A model generated the notes under the pieces. It searched no databases, was not told the origin of the DNA, and saw only the letters and a list, made by a program, of their open reading frames with translations. A stretch of 64,000 nt of DNA from Conexibacter sp. GTDB taxonomy: Bacteria; Actinomycetota; Thermoleophilia; Solirubrobacterales; Solirubrobacteraceae. This document shows, in pieces, positions 33,695 to 43,001 of the stretch. A program made the translations under genes and the position numbers. Within the stretch, counting starts at the first letter, position 1, and every line of letters begins with the position of its first letter. The stretch covers positions 22,752 to 86,751 of the forward strand of contig DASYEC010000122.1 of assembly GCA_036499225.1 (NCBI GenBank), read 5' to 3'.

Positions 33695-36454
33695 ATGGCA
33701 ACGACCAGCCGCCGGAGACCCGCGAGATCGAGATCGCGCGCGAGATCGCGCGCGCGCCGCTCCCCGGCGCCCAGCGTCGGGCTGCCGAGACTCGCGCCCC
33801 ACCAAGTCGACCTGCTCGGGCTTGGGCTGGGCGCGCTCGGGATCTTCCTCGCGTTCGTGATGTACGCCGGCTCGGCCGGCGGCAAAGTGGGCGACGGGTT
33901 GCGCGACGCGCTGATGCTGCTGCTCGGCCGCGTCGCGTACGCCGCCCCGGCAGCGCTCGTGATCGGTGCGGTGCTGGTCGTCGGGCGCACGCTGATCCCC
34001 AGCATCAGGCCGCTGCGCGCGGGCGCGTGGTGCCTCTTCCTCGCCGTCGAGCTGGCGCTCGCGGCCGGCACGCTGGGGCTCGCCGGCGGCGGCCGCATCG
34101 GCGGCGACCTGTGGCACTCCGACGTGCTGAAGGCACGCGGCGGCGCGATCGGCGAGGCGTTCTACTGGCTCTCTTCGACGCTCTTCTCCAACGTCGGCGC
34201 GCACATCATCGCCGTCTTCCTCTTCATCGCCGCGCTCGTGCTGCTGAGCGGCGTGACGATCGCCAGCGTGCTGCGCTCGGCCGGCGAGAGCGTCGCTGAG
34301 ACGCGCCGCCGCGCCGCGACGCTTGCGCCGACGCGCGATGACGACCCTTCGCCGACGCGCGCCACACGCGCGCCGCGCGCCCGCCGCACGATCGTCCCCG
34401 CCAGCGACGAGGCGCTCGACGGCGCTGCGGGGGAGGAGGGCACGATCGGCAGCGTGCCGGCGCCGCTGACCCCGCCCGAGCTGGAGCCGTCGAAGCTGAT
34501 CGTGCGGGCGACGCATGTCGAGGCGCCCTCGCTCGACGGCGCCGAGCGCTACCCCGACCTGTTCGGCGAGGACGGCGCGGCCGCGTCTGTCCCGCCGCAG
34601 CCGCCGCTGCCATGGGACGAGAACGACGTTGAGATCGAGGCCGCGGCGCTCACCGACCCGGCGACCGCCGAGCTCGACATGCCGGCGCTGGAGCCACAGA
34701 TCGCGGACGCCCGCGACGACGCGGCCGACGACGACGCCGCGGAGATACCCGAGCTCGAGCTCGAGGAGCCTGACGAGCCCGGCGTCACGACCGGCGAGCC
34801 CGGCCCGGCTCGCACCGTCGACCCGTCAGAGCTGACCCCGCAGGGCCGCTATCGCGCGTCGGTCACGGACGACCCCGAGTTCCTCTGGCAGATCCCGACC
34901 GGCGGCTTCCTGACGCGCTCGACGCCGGAGCAGACCCGGCCCGACACCGCTGGGCAGGAGAAGGTCGCCCAACAGCTCGTCGAGACGCTTGAGCACTTCA
35001 AGATCGACTCGAAGGTCGTCGGGATGGTCGCCGGGCCGCACATCACGCGCTACGAGCTGCGCCTGGCGCCCGGCACGAGAGTCGGCAGAGTCGCCAACCT
35101 CAAGGACGACCTCGCCTACGCGCTCGCGGCGACCGACGTCCGCATCCTCGCGCCGATTCCCGGCAAGCAGGCGGTCGGCGTCGAGGTCCCCAACGCGAAG
35201 CGGCGGATCGTCCACCTCGGCGACGTCTTCCAAGCGCCGCCGGCCGACTGGAGCCCGCTGACCGTCTGGCTCGGCAAGGACGTCGCCGGCCGCGCGATCG
35301 GCGTCGACCTCGCGAAGATGCCGCACCTGCTCGTCGCGGGCACGACCGGCGCTGGCAAGTCCGGCTGCGTCAACGCAATGCTGTCGAGCATCCTGCTGCA
35401 CGCCGACCCGCATGAGGTGCGGCTGGTGCTGGTCGACCCCAAGCAGGTCGAGCTCAACCACTACGAGTCGATCCCGCACCTGCTGACGCCGGTCATCACC
35501 AGCCCGCGCAAGGCCGCCAACGCGCTTCAGAACCTCGTCAAGGAGATGGAGGAGCGCTACGGGATCATGTCGCTCGCGCGCACGCGCTCGCTGCCTGAGC
35601 TGAACAGACGGCGCGCCGAGCGCGGCGAGGCGCCGCTTCCGTACATCCTCTGCGTGATCGACGAGCTCGCCGACCTGATGATGGTCGCGCCCGCTGACGT
35701 CGAGGACTCGATCATCCGGCTGGCGCAGAAGGCGCGCGCCGTCGGCATCCACCTCGTGCTCGCAACACAGTCCCCGCGCGTCGACGTGATCACCGGCATG
35801 ATCAAGGCGAACGTCCCCTCGCGGATCGCGTTTGCGGTCTCCTCGCAGACCGACTCGCGCGTGATCCTCGACCAGAACGGCGCCGAGTCGCTGCTGGGCC
35901 AGGGCGACATGCTCTTCTCGCCAGTCGGCTCCTCCAAGCTGCAGCGCATCCAGGGCGCCTACATCGACGAGGACCAGATCGCCGAGCTGACCGAAGAATG
36001 GCGCAGGCAGGGCGAGCCGGAGTTCCAGGAGGAGCTGCTCGAGGAGGTCCCCGACGACGACGCCGAGGCCGAGAGCGCCGCCGACGACGGCTTCGACCCT
36101 GATGAGGACCCGCTGCTCGAGGAGGCGATAGGGCTTGTCGCGCAGATGGGGACCGCCTCGACCTCGATGCTCCAGCGCCGCCTGCGGCTTGGCTACACAC
36201 GCGCCGGCCGGCTGATCGACATGCTCGAGCGGCGTGGGATCATCTCTGGCTACGAGGGCTCCAAGCCCCGCCAGGTGCTGATCACCGAGGCTGACGTGCC
36301 GCGCATCCTCGTCGCCCTCGCGGAGAGATCCGGCGGCGGTCCGAGCAGCTCCACGAGCAGCCCTGCAGCTGGCGCGCCGACGCCCGCCGAGCAGCCCGAG
36401 CAGGTGCCGTTGCCGACGCCTGGCTCGCCGCTGCCCGACGGCGAGCGCGACTAG
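33695..36454 (+). CDS. ftsK: DNA translocase FtsK/SpoIIIE
   Basis: N-terminal TM helices and a long Pro/Asp/Ala linker. Motor domain with Walker A GTTGAGKSGC and Walker B VIDELADL. C-terminal gamma winged helix (TSMLQRRLRLGYTRAGRLID). Confidence 0.93.
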   Translation: MATTSRRRPARSRSRARSRARRSPAPSVGLPRLAPHQVDLLGLGLGALGIFLAFVMYAGSAGGKVGDGLRDALMLLLGRVAYAAPAALVIGAVLVVGRTLIPSIRPLRAGAWCLFLAVELALAAGTLGLAGGGRIGGDLWHSDVLKARGGAIGEAFYWLSSTLFSNVGAHIIAVFLFIAALVLLSGVTIASVLRSAGESVAETRRRAATLAPTRDDDPSPTRATRAPRARRTIVPASDEALDGAAGEEGTIGSVPAPLTPPELEPSKLIVRATHVEAPSLDGAERYPDLFGEDGAAASVPPQPPLPWDENDVEIEAAALTDPATAELDMPALEPQIADARDDAADDDAAEIPELELEEPDEPGVTTGEPGPARTVDPSELTPQGRYRASVTDDPEFLWQIPTGGFLTRSTPEQTRPDTAGQEKVAQQLVETLEHFKIDSKVVGMVAGPHITRYELRLAPGTRVGRVANLKDDLAYALAATDVRILAPIPGKQAVGVEVPNAKRRIVHLGDVFQAPPADWSPLTVWLGKDVAGRAIGVDLAKMPHLLVAGTTGAGKSGCVNAMLSSILLHADPHEVRLVLVDPKQVELNHYESIPHLLTPVITSPRKAANALQNLVKEMEERYGIMSLARTRSLPELNRRRAERGEAPLPYILCVIDELADLMMVAPADVEDSIIRLAQKARAVGIHLVLATQSPRVDVITGMIKANVPSRIAFAVSSQTDSRVILDQNGAESLLGQGDMLFSPVGSSKLQRIQGAYIDEDQIAELTEEWRRQGEPEFQEELLEEVPDDDAEAESAADDGFDPDEDPLLEEAIGLVAQMGTASTSMLQRRLRLGYTRAGRLIDMLERRGIISGYEGSKPRQVLITEADVPRILVALAERSGGGPSSSTSSPAAGAPTPAEQPEQVPLPTPGSPLPDGERD

Positions 36455-36515
36455 CTTGACGCTGCACGATTTGGGCCAAGGTCAAAGGCCGTGGAGCGGT
36501 AGCCTTCCCCGCTCC

Positions 36516-37361
36516 ATGCCTGACATCGGCTCAACTCTGCGCGAAGCGCGCATGCGCGCGCGCATCGACATCACCGAGGTCGAGCAGGCGACGAAGATAC
36601 GCGCCAAGTACCTGCGCGCGATCGAGAACGAGGAGTGGGACCTGCTGCCCGGCTCCACGTTCGTCAAGAGCTTCATCCGCGAGTACGCCAACTTCCTCGG
36701 GATCGACAGCCGACCGCTCGTGGAGGAGTTCAAGCTCCGCTACGAGCGCCCGAGCGAGAGCGAGCTGCGGACGGTCAGCCCCGGCCTCAGCCGAGACCGC
36801 GGCCGCTCGTCGCGTGGCGGCGGGCGTGGTGGCGGAGGCGGCGGTGGCTTTGGGGGCGGTCGCGTTGCGCCGCGCTGGGCGATAACGCTCGGCCTCGTCG
36901 CGCTGCTGGTGATCGCGCTGTTCGCCGTCGGGAAGCTGGGCGGCGGCTCCGACGACGGCGGCTCCAGCAAGACGACCGCCGCACAGGCGAGAGCGAACGT
37001 GGCGAGAAGAGGCGCCGGGCACCACAGAGGGGTGCAGGCGGCCCACAGACAACAGCAGGCGACGCCACCGCCGCCGACGCTCGCGGGCGTCCGGATCGTC
37101 CCGACCGCAGACCTCTACGTCTGCCTCGTCGACCAGGACGGCAGAGCGATGATCCCCGGCACGACCTTCACCGACGGCCAGAGCATCCCGTTGCAGCACG
37201 CGAGATCGATGCGCCTGACGCTCGGCAACAGCAGCGTCCAGCTCAGAGTGAACGGCAGAGCGGTCACCGTGCCCGACTCGCCGACGGCCGTCGGCTTCGC
37301 GATCACGACGAGAGGCGCCACCCCGATCTCGGGCGATCAGCTCCCGACCTGCGCCGCATGA
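36516..37361 (+). CDS. RodZ-like HTH (XRE) membrane protein with DUF4115-like C-terminus
   Basis: ATG at 36516. HTH region GSTLREARMRARIDITEVEQATKIRAKYLRAIE, a Gly/Arg-rich linker, a TM helix, and a C-terminal beta-rich domain. Confidence 0.7.
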   Translation: MPDIGSTLREARMRARIDITEVEQATKIRAKYLRAIENEEWDLLPGSTFVKSFIREYANFLGIDSRPLVEEFKLRYERPSESELRTVSPGLSRDRGRSSRGGGRGGGGGGGFGGGRVAPRWAITLGLVALLVIALFAVGKLGGGSDDGGSSKTTAAQARANVARRGAGHHRGVQAAHRQQQATPPPPTLAGVRIVPTADLYVCLVDQDGRAMIPGTTFTDGQSIPLQHARSMRLTLGNSSVQLRVNGRAVTVPDSPTAVGFAITTRGATPISGDQLPTCAA

Positions 37362-38680
37362 GCCCGCGCGCCGGCATCGTCGTGACCGGGACCGAGGTCC
37401 TCAGCGGGATCATCAGCGACCGCAACGGGCCGTGGCTGTCGGAGCGGCTGCGCGAGCTCGGCGTTGACGTGGCGCAGATCGTGATCGTCGGCGACCGGGT
37501 CGACGACCTCCGCACCGCGCTGCGCCAGCTGGCCGACCAGGGCGTAGCGCTGATCGTCACCAGCGGCGGCCTTGGGCCGACCGACGACGACCTCACCGCC
37601 GAGGTCGTGTCCCTCTTCCAGGGCCAGCCGACGCGGCTAGACGACGCGCTGTTCGCGCAGATCGGCGAGATCCTCAGACCGCTGATGGAACGCTTCCCGG
37701 ACCTCGACCACGACGCGATCATCCGCTCCAACCGCAAGCAGGCGCTCGTCCCCGCCGGGGCGACCGTGCTCGCGCCGGTCGGCACCGCGCCAGGCTTGAT
37801 CGTCCCGCCGTCTGCCGCGGGCGACGCGGGCGCCGACGGGCCGCTCGTCGTCGTGCTGCCCGGCCCGCCGGGCGAGCTGCAGCCGATGTGGGGCGCCGCG
37901 ATCACGACCGATGCGCTCAGAGCAGCGGTGCGCGACGCAAAGCCGTTCGAGTGGCGGATCATGCGCCTCTTCGGCATCCCCGAGTCGGAGATCGTCGAGA
38001 CGATGCGGCGGGCCGAGCAGCAGGGCCTCGACCTCTCGCCGCTGGAGATCACGACCTGCATGCGACGGGCCGAGCTCGAGATCGCGACGCGCTACGACAG
38101 CGCCGACGAGCCGGCCTACGACCGCTTCGAGGCGTTCGTCGGAGCCCGCCACGGCGAGGTGCTGTTCTCGACCGACGGCTCGACGATCGACGAGCAGGTC
38201 GCGCGGCTTCTGCTCGACAGCCAGCGCACGATCGCGACTGCTGAGTCGTGCACGGGCGGGCTGCTCGCTGGCCGCCTGACCGATCGGCCCGGCTCCTCCG
38301 CATACGTGCTCGGCGGCCTCGTCGTCTACTCCAACGCGGCGAAGACGGCGCTCGCCGGCGTTGACGCGGCGCTGATCGAGCGGGTCGGCGCGGTCTCGCC
38401 CGAGGTCGCCGAGGCGCTCGCCGTCGGCGCGATCGCCCGTCTGGGCAGCGACATCGGCGTCGGCATCACCGGGATCGCCGGGCCCGACGGCGGCACGCCT
38501 GAGAAGCCCGTGGGGCTGGTCTACGTCACCGTCGCGCTACGCGACGGCTCGCCGGTGACGCGCAGACTGCTGCTGCCGGGCGACCGCGCCGCCGTCCGCG
38601 ACCGCACGACGACAATCGCGCTGCACATGGTGCGGCAGCTGCTGCTTGCCGACGCCGCTCCTGCGGTTCCGTCCGACTGA
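37358..38680 (+). CDS. cinA: CinA-family protein (MoCF-binding domain + nicotinamide-nucleotide amidohydrolase PncC domain)
   Basis: ATG at 37358 overlaps the upstream stop (ATGA). IVVTGTEVLSGIISDRNG, TAESCTGGLL, GITGIAGPDGG. Confidence 0.9.
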   Translation: MSPRAGIVVTGTEVLSGIISDRNGPWLSERLRELGVDVAQIVIVGDRVDDLRTALRQLADQGVALIVTSGGLGPTDDDLTAEVVSLFQGQPTRLDDALFAQIGEILRPLMERFPDLDHDAIIRSNRKQALVPAGATVLAPVGTAPGLIVPPSAAGDAGADGPLVVVLPGPPGELQPMWGAAITTDALRAAVRDAKPFEWRIMRLFGIPESEIVETMRRAEQQGLDLSPLEITTCMRRAELEIATRYDSADEPAYDRFEAFVGARHGEVLFSTDGSTIDEQVARLLLDSQRTIATAESCTGGLLAGRLTDRPGSSAYVLGGLVVYSNAAKTALAGVDAALIERVGAVSPEVAEALAVGAIARLGSDIGVGITGIAGPDGGTPEKPVGLVYVTVALRDGSPVTRRLLLPGDRAAVRDRTTTIALHMVRQLLLADAAPAVPSD

Positions 38681-38695
38681 GCGCCGCTGCCCGCG

Positions 38696-39268
38696 ATGCC
38701 CTCCGCGTCGAGCGCCCGCCTGTTCGTGGCGCTCGAGCTGCCCGCCGTCGTGCGCGACGCGCTGCGTGCGTGGAGGGGGCCGCTGGTGAGGGAGGGCAGC
38801 GCCTTGCGCGCCGTCGCGCCCGAGGCGCTCCATGCCACGCTCTGCTTCCTCGGGCAGCGCCCGCTCGCGGACGTTGCGGCGATCGGCGCGGCGGTTCGCG
38901 CCTGCGCTGCTCCGGCGCGCGGGCTGTCGCTCGGCGAGCCGTTGTGGCTGCCGCGGCGGCGGCCGAACGCCCTCGCGCTCGCGCTCGACGACGGGCGCGG
39001 CGAGCTCGGCGCGCTGCAGGCGGCGGTCGCTGCGTCGCTCGTCGTGGGCGGCTGGCTCAGAGCGGAGCAGCGCCACTTCCTCCCGCACGTGACGGTCGCC
39101 CGCGTGCGCGGCGGGCGCAACGCAGCGGACGCCCGCGCGCTCATGCGGCTGGACATGCCGCCGGTGCCCGGGCTCGCCTTCGACGGCTCCGCGCTGACGC
39201 TCTACCGCTCGCATCTCGGCGGGGGCGGCGCCCGCTATGAGCCGCTCGCGCGCGCCGTGCTGGGCTGA
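38696..39268 (+). CDS. thpR: RNA 2',3'-cyclic phosphodiesterase (2H family, LigT/ThpR)
   Basis: RLFVALELP and the two HxT/S motifs (HATLCFLG and HVTVARV). Confidence 0.8.
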   Translation: MPSASSARLFVALELPAVVRDALRAWRGPLVREGSALRAVAPEALHATLCFLGQRPLADVAAIGAAVRACAAPARGLSLGEPLWLPRRRPNALALALDDGRGELGALQAAVAASLVVGGWLRAEQRHFLPHVTVARVRGGRNAADARALMRLDMPPVPGLAFDGSALTLYRSHLGGGGARYEPLARAVLG

Positions 39269-39335
39269 GCTGGCACGAAGGCATCGCAGACCCGCGTAGC
39301 GCCTGCGTCGGCCGGGCGCCTAGCGTGAGGGGACA

Positions 39336-39349
39336 CGATCATGTGTTCG
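39336..39349. promoter_or_regulatory. candidate LexA (Cheo-type SOS) box upstream of recA
   Basis: CGATCATGTGTTCG differs from CGAAC-N4-GTTCG by one base. Lies 66 nt upstream of the recA ATG. Confidence 0.4.
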
Positions 39350-39414
39350 CATCGGATCCGTCCGGACCGGGGCGTAGCTTGTTTTCCTCACGACGTGACA
39401 AGGAGCTTCCAGGA

Positions 39415-40488
39415 ATGAGCGAGCAGGACAAGGCCGCGAAGGCCCGCGACGCCGCCCTGCAAGGGGCGCTGACACAGATTGAGCGCCAGTTCGGCAAGGG
39501 CACCGTCATGCGGATGGGTGATCCGGGGGCTCGCGTGAGAGTCAACGCGATCCCGACCGGCGCGCTCTCGCTCGACCTCGCGCTCGGCATCGGCGGCGTC
39601 CCGCGCGGGCGCATCGTCGAGGTCTTCGGACCGGAGTCGTCCGGTAAGACCACGCTCGTGTACCACATCATCGCCGAGGCCCAGAGACTCGGCGGCGTCT
39701 GCGCCTTCATCGACGCAGAGCACGCGATGGACCCGCTCTACGCGCAGAGGATCGGCGTCAACATCGACGAGCTGCTCGTCTCGCAGCCCGACTACGGCGA
39801 GCAGGCGCTCGAGGTCGCGGACATGCTCGTCCGCTCCGGCGCCGTCGACATGGTCGCGGTCGACTCCGTCGCCGCGCTGACGCCGCGCGCGGAGCTTGAG
39901 GGCGCGATGGGCGACCAGACCGTCGGCGTCCAGGCGCGCATGATGTCGCAGGCGATGCGCAAGCTGACCGCCAACCTCAACCGCACGCAGACGATGTGCC
40001 TCTTCACGAACCAGATCCGTGAGAAGGTCGGCGTCATGTTCGGCTCGCCGGAGACGCAGCCGGGCGGTCGCGCGCTGAAGTTCTACTCGTCGCAGCGGCT
40101 TGACATCCGTCGCATCGAGACGCTCAAGGACGGCACCGAGGCGGTCGGCAACCGCGTCCGCGTCAAGGTCGTCAAGAACAAGGTCGCGCCGCCGTTCAAG
40201 CAGGCCGAGTTCGACATCGAGTTCGGCATGGGCATCTCGACTGAGGGCTGCCTGATCGACTACGGCATCGAGCACGACATCGTCACGAAGTCGGGCTCGT
40301 TCTTCTCCTACGGCGACGAGCGCCTTGGCCAGGGCCGCAACAACGCGAAGGGGTATCTCAAGGAGCACCCCGAGGTCGCGAAGGAGATCGAGGACAAGAT
40401 CTACACCGCGCTTGGCTTCGACCGTGACCTTGTCGCGCCGATCGAGCATGACGAGAAGAGGGTCGCTGTCGAGCCGGCCGCCGCGTAG
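39415..40488 (+). CDS. recA: recombinase RecA
   Basis: ATG at 39415 after [25 protein letters not shown]-like [10 protein letters not shown], and L2 loop region. Confidence 0.97.
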   Translation: MSEQDKAAKARDAALQGALTQIERQFGKGTVMRMGDPGARVRVNAIPTGALSLDLALGIGGVPRGRIVEVFGPESSGKTTLVYHIIAEAQRLGGVCAFIDAEHAMDPLYAQRIGVNIDELLVSQPDYGEQALEVADMLVRSGAVDMVAVDSVAALTPRAELEGAMGDQTVGVQARMMSQAMRKLTANLNRTQTMCLFTNQIREKVGVMFGSPETQPGGRALKFYSSQRLDIRRIETLKDGTEAVGNRVRVKVVKNKVAPPFKQAEFDIEFGMGISTEGCLIDYGIEHDIVTKSGSFFSYGDERLGQGRNNAKGYLKEHPEVAKEIEDKIYTALGFDRDLVAPIEHDEKRVAVEPAAA

Positions 40489-40497
40489 CACCCGGCC

Positions 40498-41055
40498 GTG
40501 ACCTCCCGTTACGCGCTGACCGCTCTTGACGCGATGGACGAGAGCGCAGAGGAGCCGCAGCGGCCGCAAGCGCGCGTGCTGGACCCGGAGCTCCGGCTAC
40601 AGCACGCGCTCGACCTCGCGTTCCGCTACCTCGGCCCGCGCTCGCGGACCGAGGTAGAGCTGCGGCGCTACCTCGAGGGCAAGCGGGTCGAGCTTGAGAC
40701 GATCGCCCAGGCGCTCGTGAGCCTGCGGGAGCAGGACTACCTCAACGACGCTCGCTTCGCGCGCGAGTTCGCCGAGGACAAGCGGCTGCTCGACGAGTGG
40801 GGCGCGGACCGGATCGAGCGGCGGCTGCTGTCGCTCGGCGTCCCCCCGGAGATCGTCCGCGGCGCGGTCGAGGCGCAGGGCCGCGACGACGAGGCGGCGG
40901 CGGCCCGCGCGCTGCTCGCTCGCCGCTTCCCACGGCTCGACGACGACCCGCGCGAGCAGCGCCGGGCGGTCGGCGTGCTCGTCCGCAAGGGCTACGACGG
41001 CGAGCTGGCATGGGACGTCGTGCGAGCCCACGCACGCGGCGATCTGCTCGACTAG
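40498..41055 (+). CDS. recX: recombination regulator RecX
   Basis: GTG start, immediately after recA. Three-helix repeat pattern (RSRTEVELRRYL, YLNDARFAREFA, DEWGADRIERRL). Confidence 0.85.
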   Translation: MTSRYALTALDAMDESAEEPQRPQARVLDPELRLQHALDLAFRYLGPRSRTEVELRRYLEGKRVELETIAQALVSLREQDYLNDARFAREFAEDKRLLDEWGADRIERRLLSLGVPPEIVRGAVEAQGRDDEAAAARALLARRFPRLDDDPREQRRAVGVLVRKGYDGELAWDVVRAHARGDLLD

Positions 41056-41459
41056 GTGCTCGACGGTGCGGTCTCGCACGCCGTCGGATCACCCGTCAAG
41101 AGCCGAGATTCCCGGCGAGCGCTGGGCGGGAACACCCTTTGATTGCGTCAAATGATGCTCGGTACTACGATCCCGCACAGCGAACGACTGGCCCGCGAGG
41201 GCGTGAAACTCCAGCAAATAACCCTGATCCCCTGGAACCAGAACCTTCAGCCGTGACTGCCCGACACCGTACGTCCGCAGGCTTGTTGCGATTGCAACAC
41301 GCGACACGAACACCGGTCTGACCGGTGCATGAAGGGCGGCGCCTCGGCGCCGCGCCTGGGCTCCGTTCCGTGCTCCCACGCATGGCCCGTCGCCGCTACC
41401 CAAAAGGACAGTGAGCTGCAGTCCCAGCCGTCAGGCTGGGCTGTCGGGAGAGGAACCCA

Positions 41460-42902
41460 ATGGAGATCGTGATCGCGGCGGCGGTGCTGGCAGTGGGCGT
41501 CATGCTCGCTGCCGCGCTGTATGCCAGACGGGGAGGAGGGCATGCCGCTGAGGCGAACGAACGCGTCGCGTCGGACATGGACTCCGCCCTGCGCGAGCGG
41601 CGCGCCGAGATCGTTCGGATCGAGGAGCGGATCCTCGGCAAGGAGGAGTCCCTCGACGCGCAGCGCGCCGACCTCGCACGGCGCGAGCGCGCGATCGAGG
41701 ATCGCGTCGAGGCGCTCGCCGCCGAGAAGGAAGAGATCGCCGAGCGCGGCCGCCGGTACCAGCAGTCGCTCGAACGGCTCGCCGGCGTGACCGCGTCGCA
41801 GGCGAAGCAGATGCTGCTGAAGGACCTCGAGGACGACGTCCGCCACGAGTCGGCGAAGCTGATCCGCCAGATCGAAGAGGAGACCAAGCGCGACGCCGAC
41901 CGGCGCGTGCGCAACATCCTCTCGGTCGTGATGCAGCGGATCGCCGCCGGCCACGCGACCGAGACGACCGTCTCCGTCGTCCAGCTCTCCTCCGACGACA
42001 TGAAAGGCCGCATCATCGGCCGCGAAGGCCGCAACATCCGCGCGCTGGAGAACCTCACCGGCGTCGACTTCATCATCGACGACACACCCAACGCGGTCGT
42101 TCTCTCCGGCTTCGACGGCGTCCGCCGCGAGGTCGCCCGCCTGACGCTCGAGAAGCTGCTGCAGGACGGCCGCATCCACCCGGCGCGGATCGAGGAGATG
42201 TTCTACCAGGCGAAGTCCGAGCTCGACGAGCACATCCAGGAGCTCGGCGAGGCCGCCGTCTTCGAGGCCCATGTGCAGGGGCTCGACCCCGAGCTGATCA
42301 GACTGCTTGGCCGCCTCAAGTTCCGCACCAGCTATGGGCAGAACGTGCTTGCCCACTCGGTCGAGTGCGCCAATCTCGCGGCGATGATGGCCCACGAGCT
42401 CGGCGCCTCGCCGAAGACCGCGCGCCGGGCGGCGCTCCTGCACGACATCGGCAAGGCCGTCTCGCACGAGATCGAAGGCCCGCACGCGCTCGTCGGCGGC
42501 GAGCTCGCGCGCAAGCACGGCGAGCCCGAGGCGGTCGTGCATGCGATGGAGGCTCACCACAACGAGGTCGAGCCCCAGACGGTCGAGGCCGTCATCGTGC
42601 AGGCCGCAGACGCGCTCTCCGGCGCGCGGCCCGGCGCCCGTGGCGAGTCGCTGGAGCAGTACGTCAGACGGCTGCGCGAGCTGGAGCAGATCGCGACCCG
42701 CCACGACGGCGTCGAGAAGGTCTACGCGATGCAGGCCGGCCGCGAGATCCGCGTGATGGTCGCGCCCGGCGCGATCGACGACGACGGCGCAGCGCTGCTC
42801 TCGCACGCGATAGCCCGTGAGATCGAGAAGGAGCTCGAGTACCCGGGGCAGATCAAGGTGACGGTGATCCGCGAGTCGCGGGCGGTGGAATACGCCAGAT
42901 GA
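41460..42902 (+). CDS. rny: ribonuclease Y
   Basis: N-terminal TM helix, coiled coil, KH (GRIIGREGRNIRALE), and HD domain (LLHDIGKA, HH). 480 aa. Confidence 0.93.
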   Translation: MEIVIAAAVLAVGVMLAAALYARRGGGHAAEANERVASDMDSALRERRAEIVRIEERILGKEESLDAQRADLARRERAIEDRVEALAAEKEEIAERGRRYQQSLERLAGVTASQAKQMLLKDLEDDVRHESAKLIRQIEEETKRDADRRVRNILSVVMQRIAAGHATETTVSVVQLSSDDMKGRIIGREGRNIRALENLTGVDFIIDDTPNAVVLSGFDGVRREVARLTLEKLLQDGRIHPARIEEMFYQAKSELDEHIQELGEAAVFEAHVQGLDPELIRLLGRLKFRTSYGQNVLAHSVECANLAAMMAHELGASPKTARRAALLHDIGKAVSHEIEGPHALVGGELARKHGEPEAVVHAMEAHHNEVEPQTVEAVIVQAADALSGARPGARGESLEQYVRRLRELEQIATRHDGVEKVYAMQAGREIRVMVAPGAIDDDGAALLSHAIAREIEKELEYPGQIKVTVIRESRAVEYAR

Positions 42903-42929
42903 CCGGCGAGAGGCCGGCCATCTCGCCGG
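42903..42929 (+). terminator. stem-loop directly after the rny stop (no U-tract)
   Basis: CCGGCGAGA-ggccggcca-TCTCGCCGG, a 9-bp perfect stem. Confidence 0.35.
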
Positions 42930-43001
42930 GAGGTCGGCTGGCGCCGATCTCCCGCAGGTGAGCGGCGGCCATCGGGGCCTGAGAGGTACCCTTCCTCAGC
43001 G

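Noticed and set aside
41089-41403. 104-aa and 72-aa minus-strand ORFs in the recX-rny spacer.
   Set aside because: They have an Arg/Gly/Ala-rich, low-information sequence, no ribosome binding site and no recognisable family. The region is treated as non-coding RNA or UTR instead.
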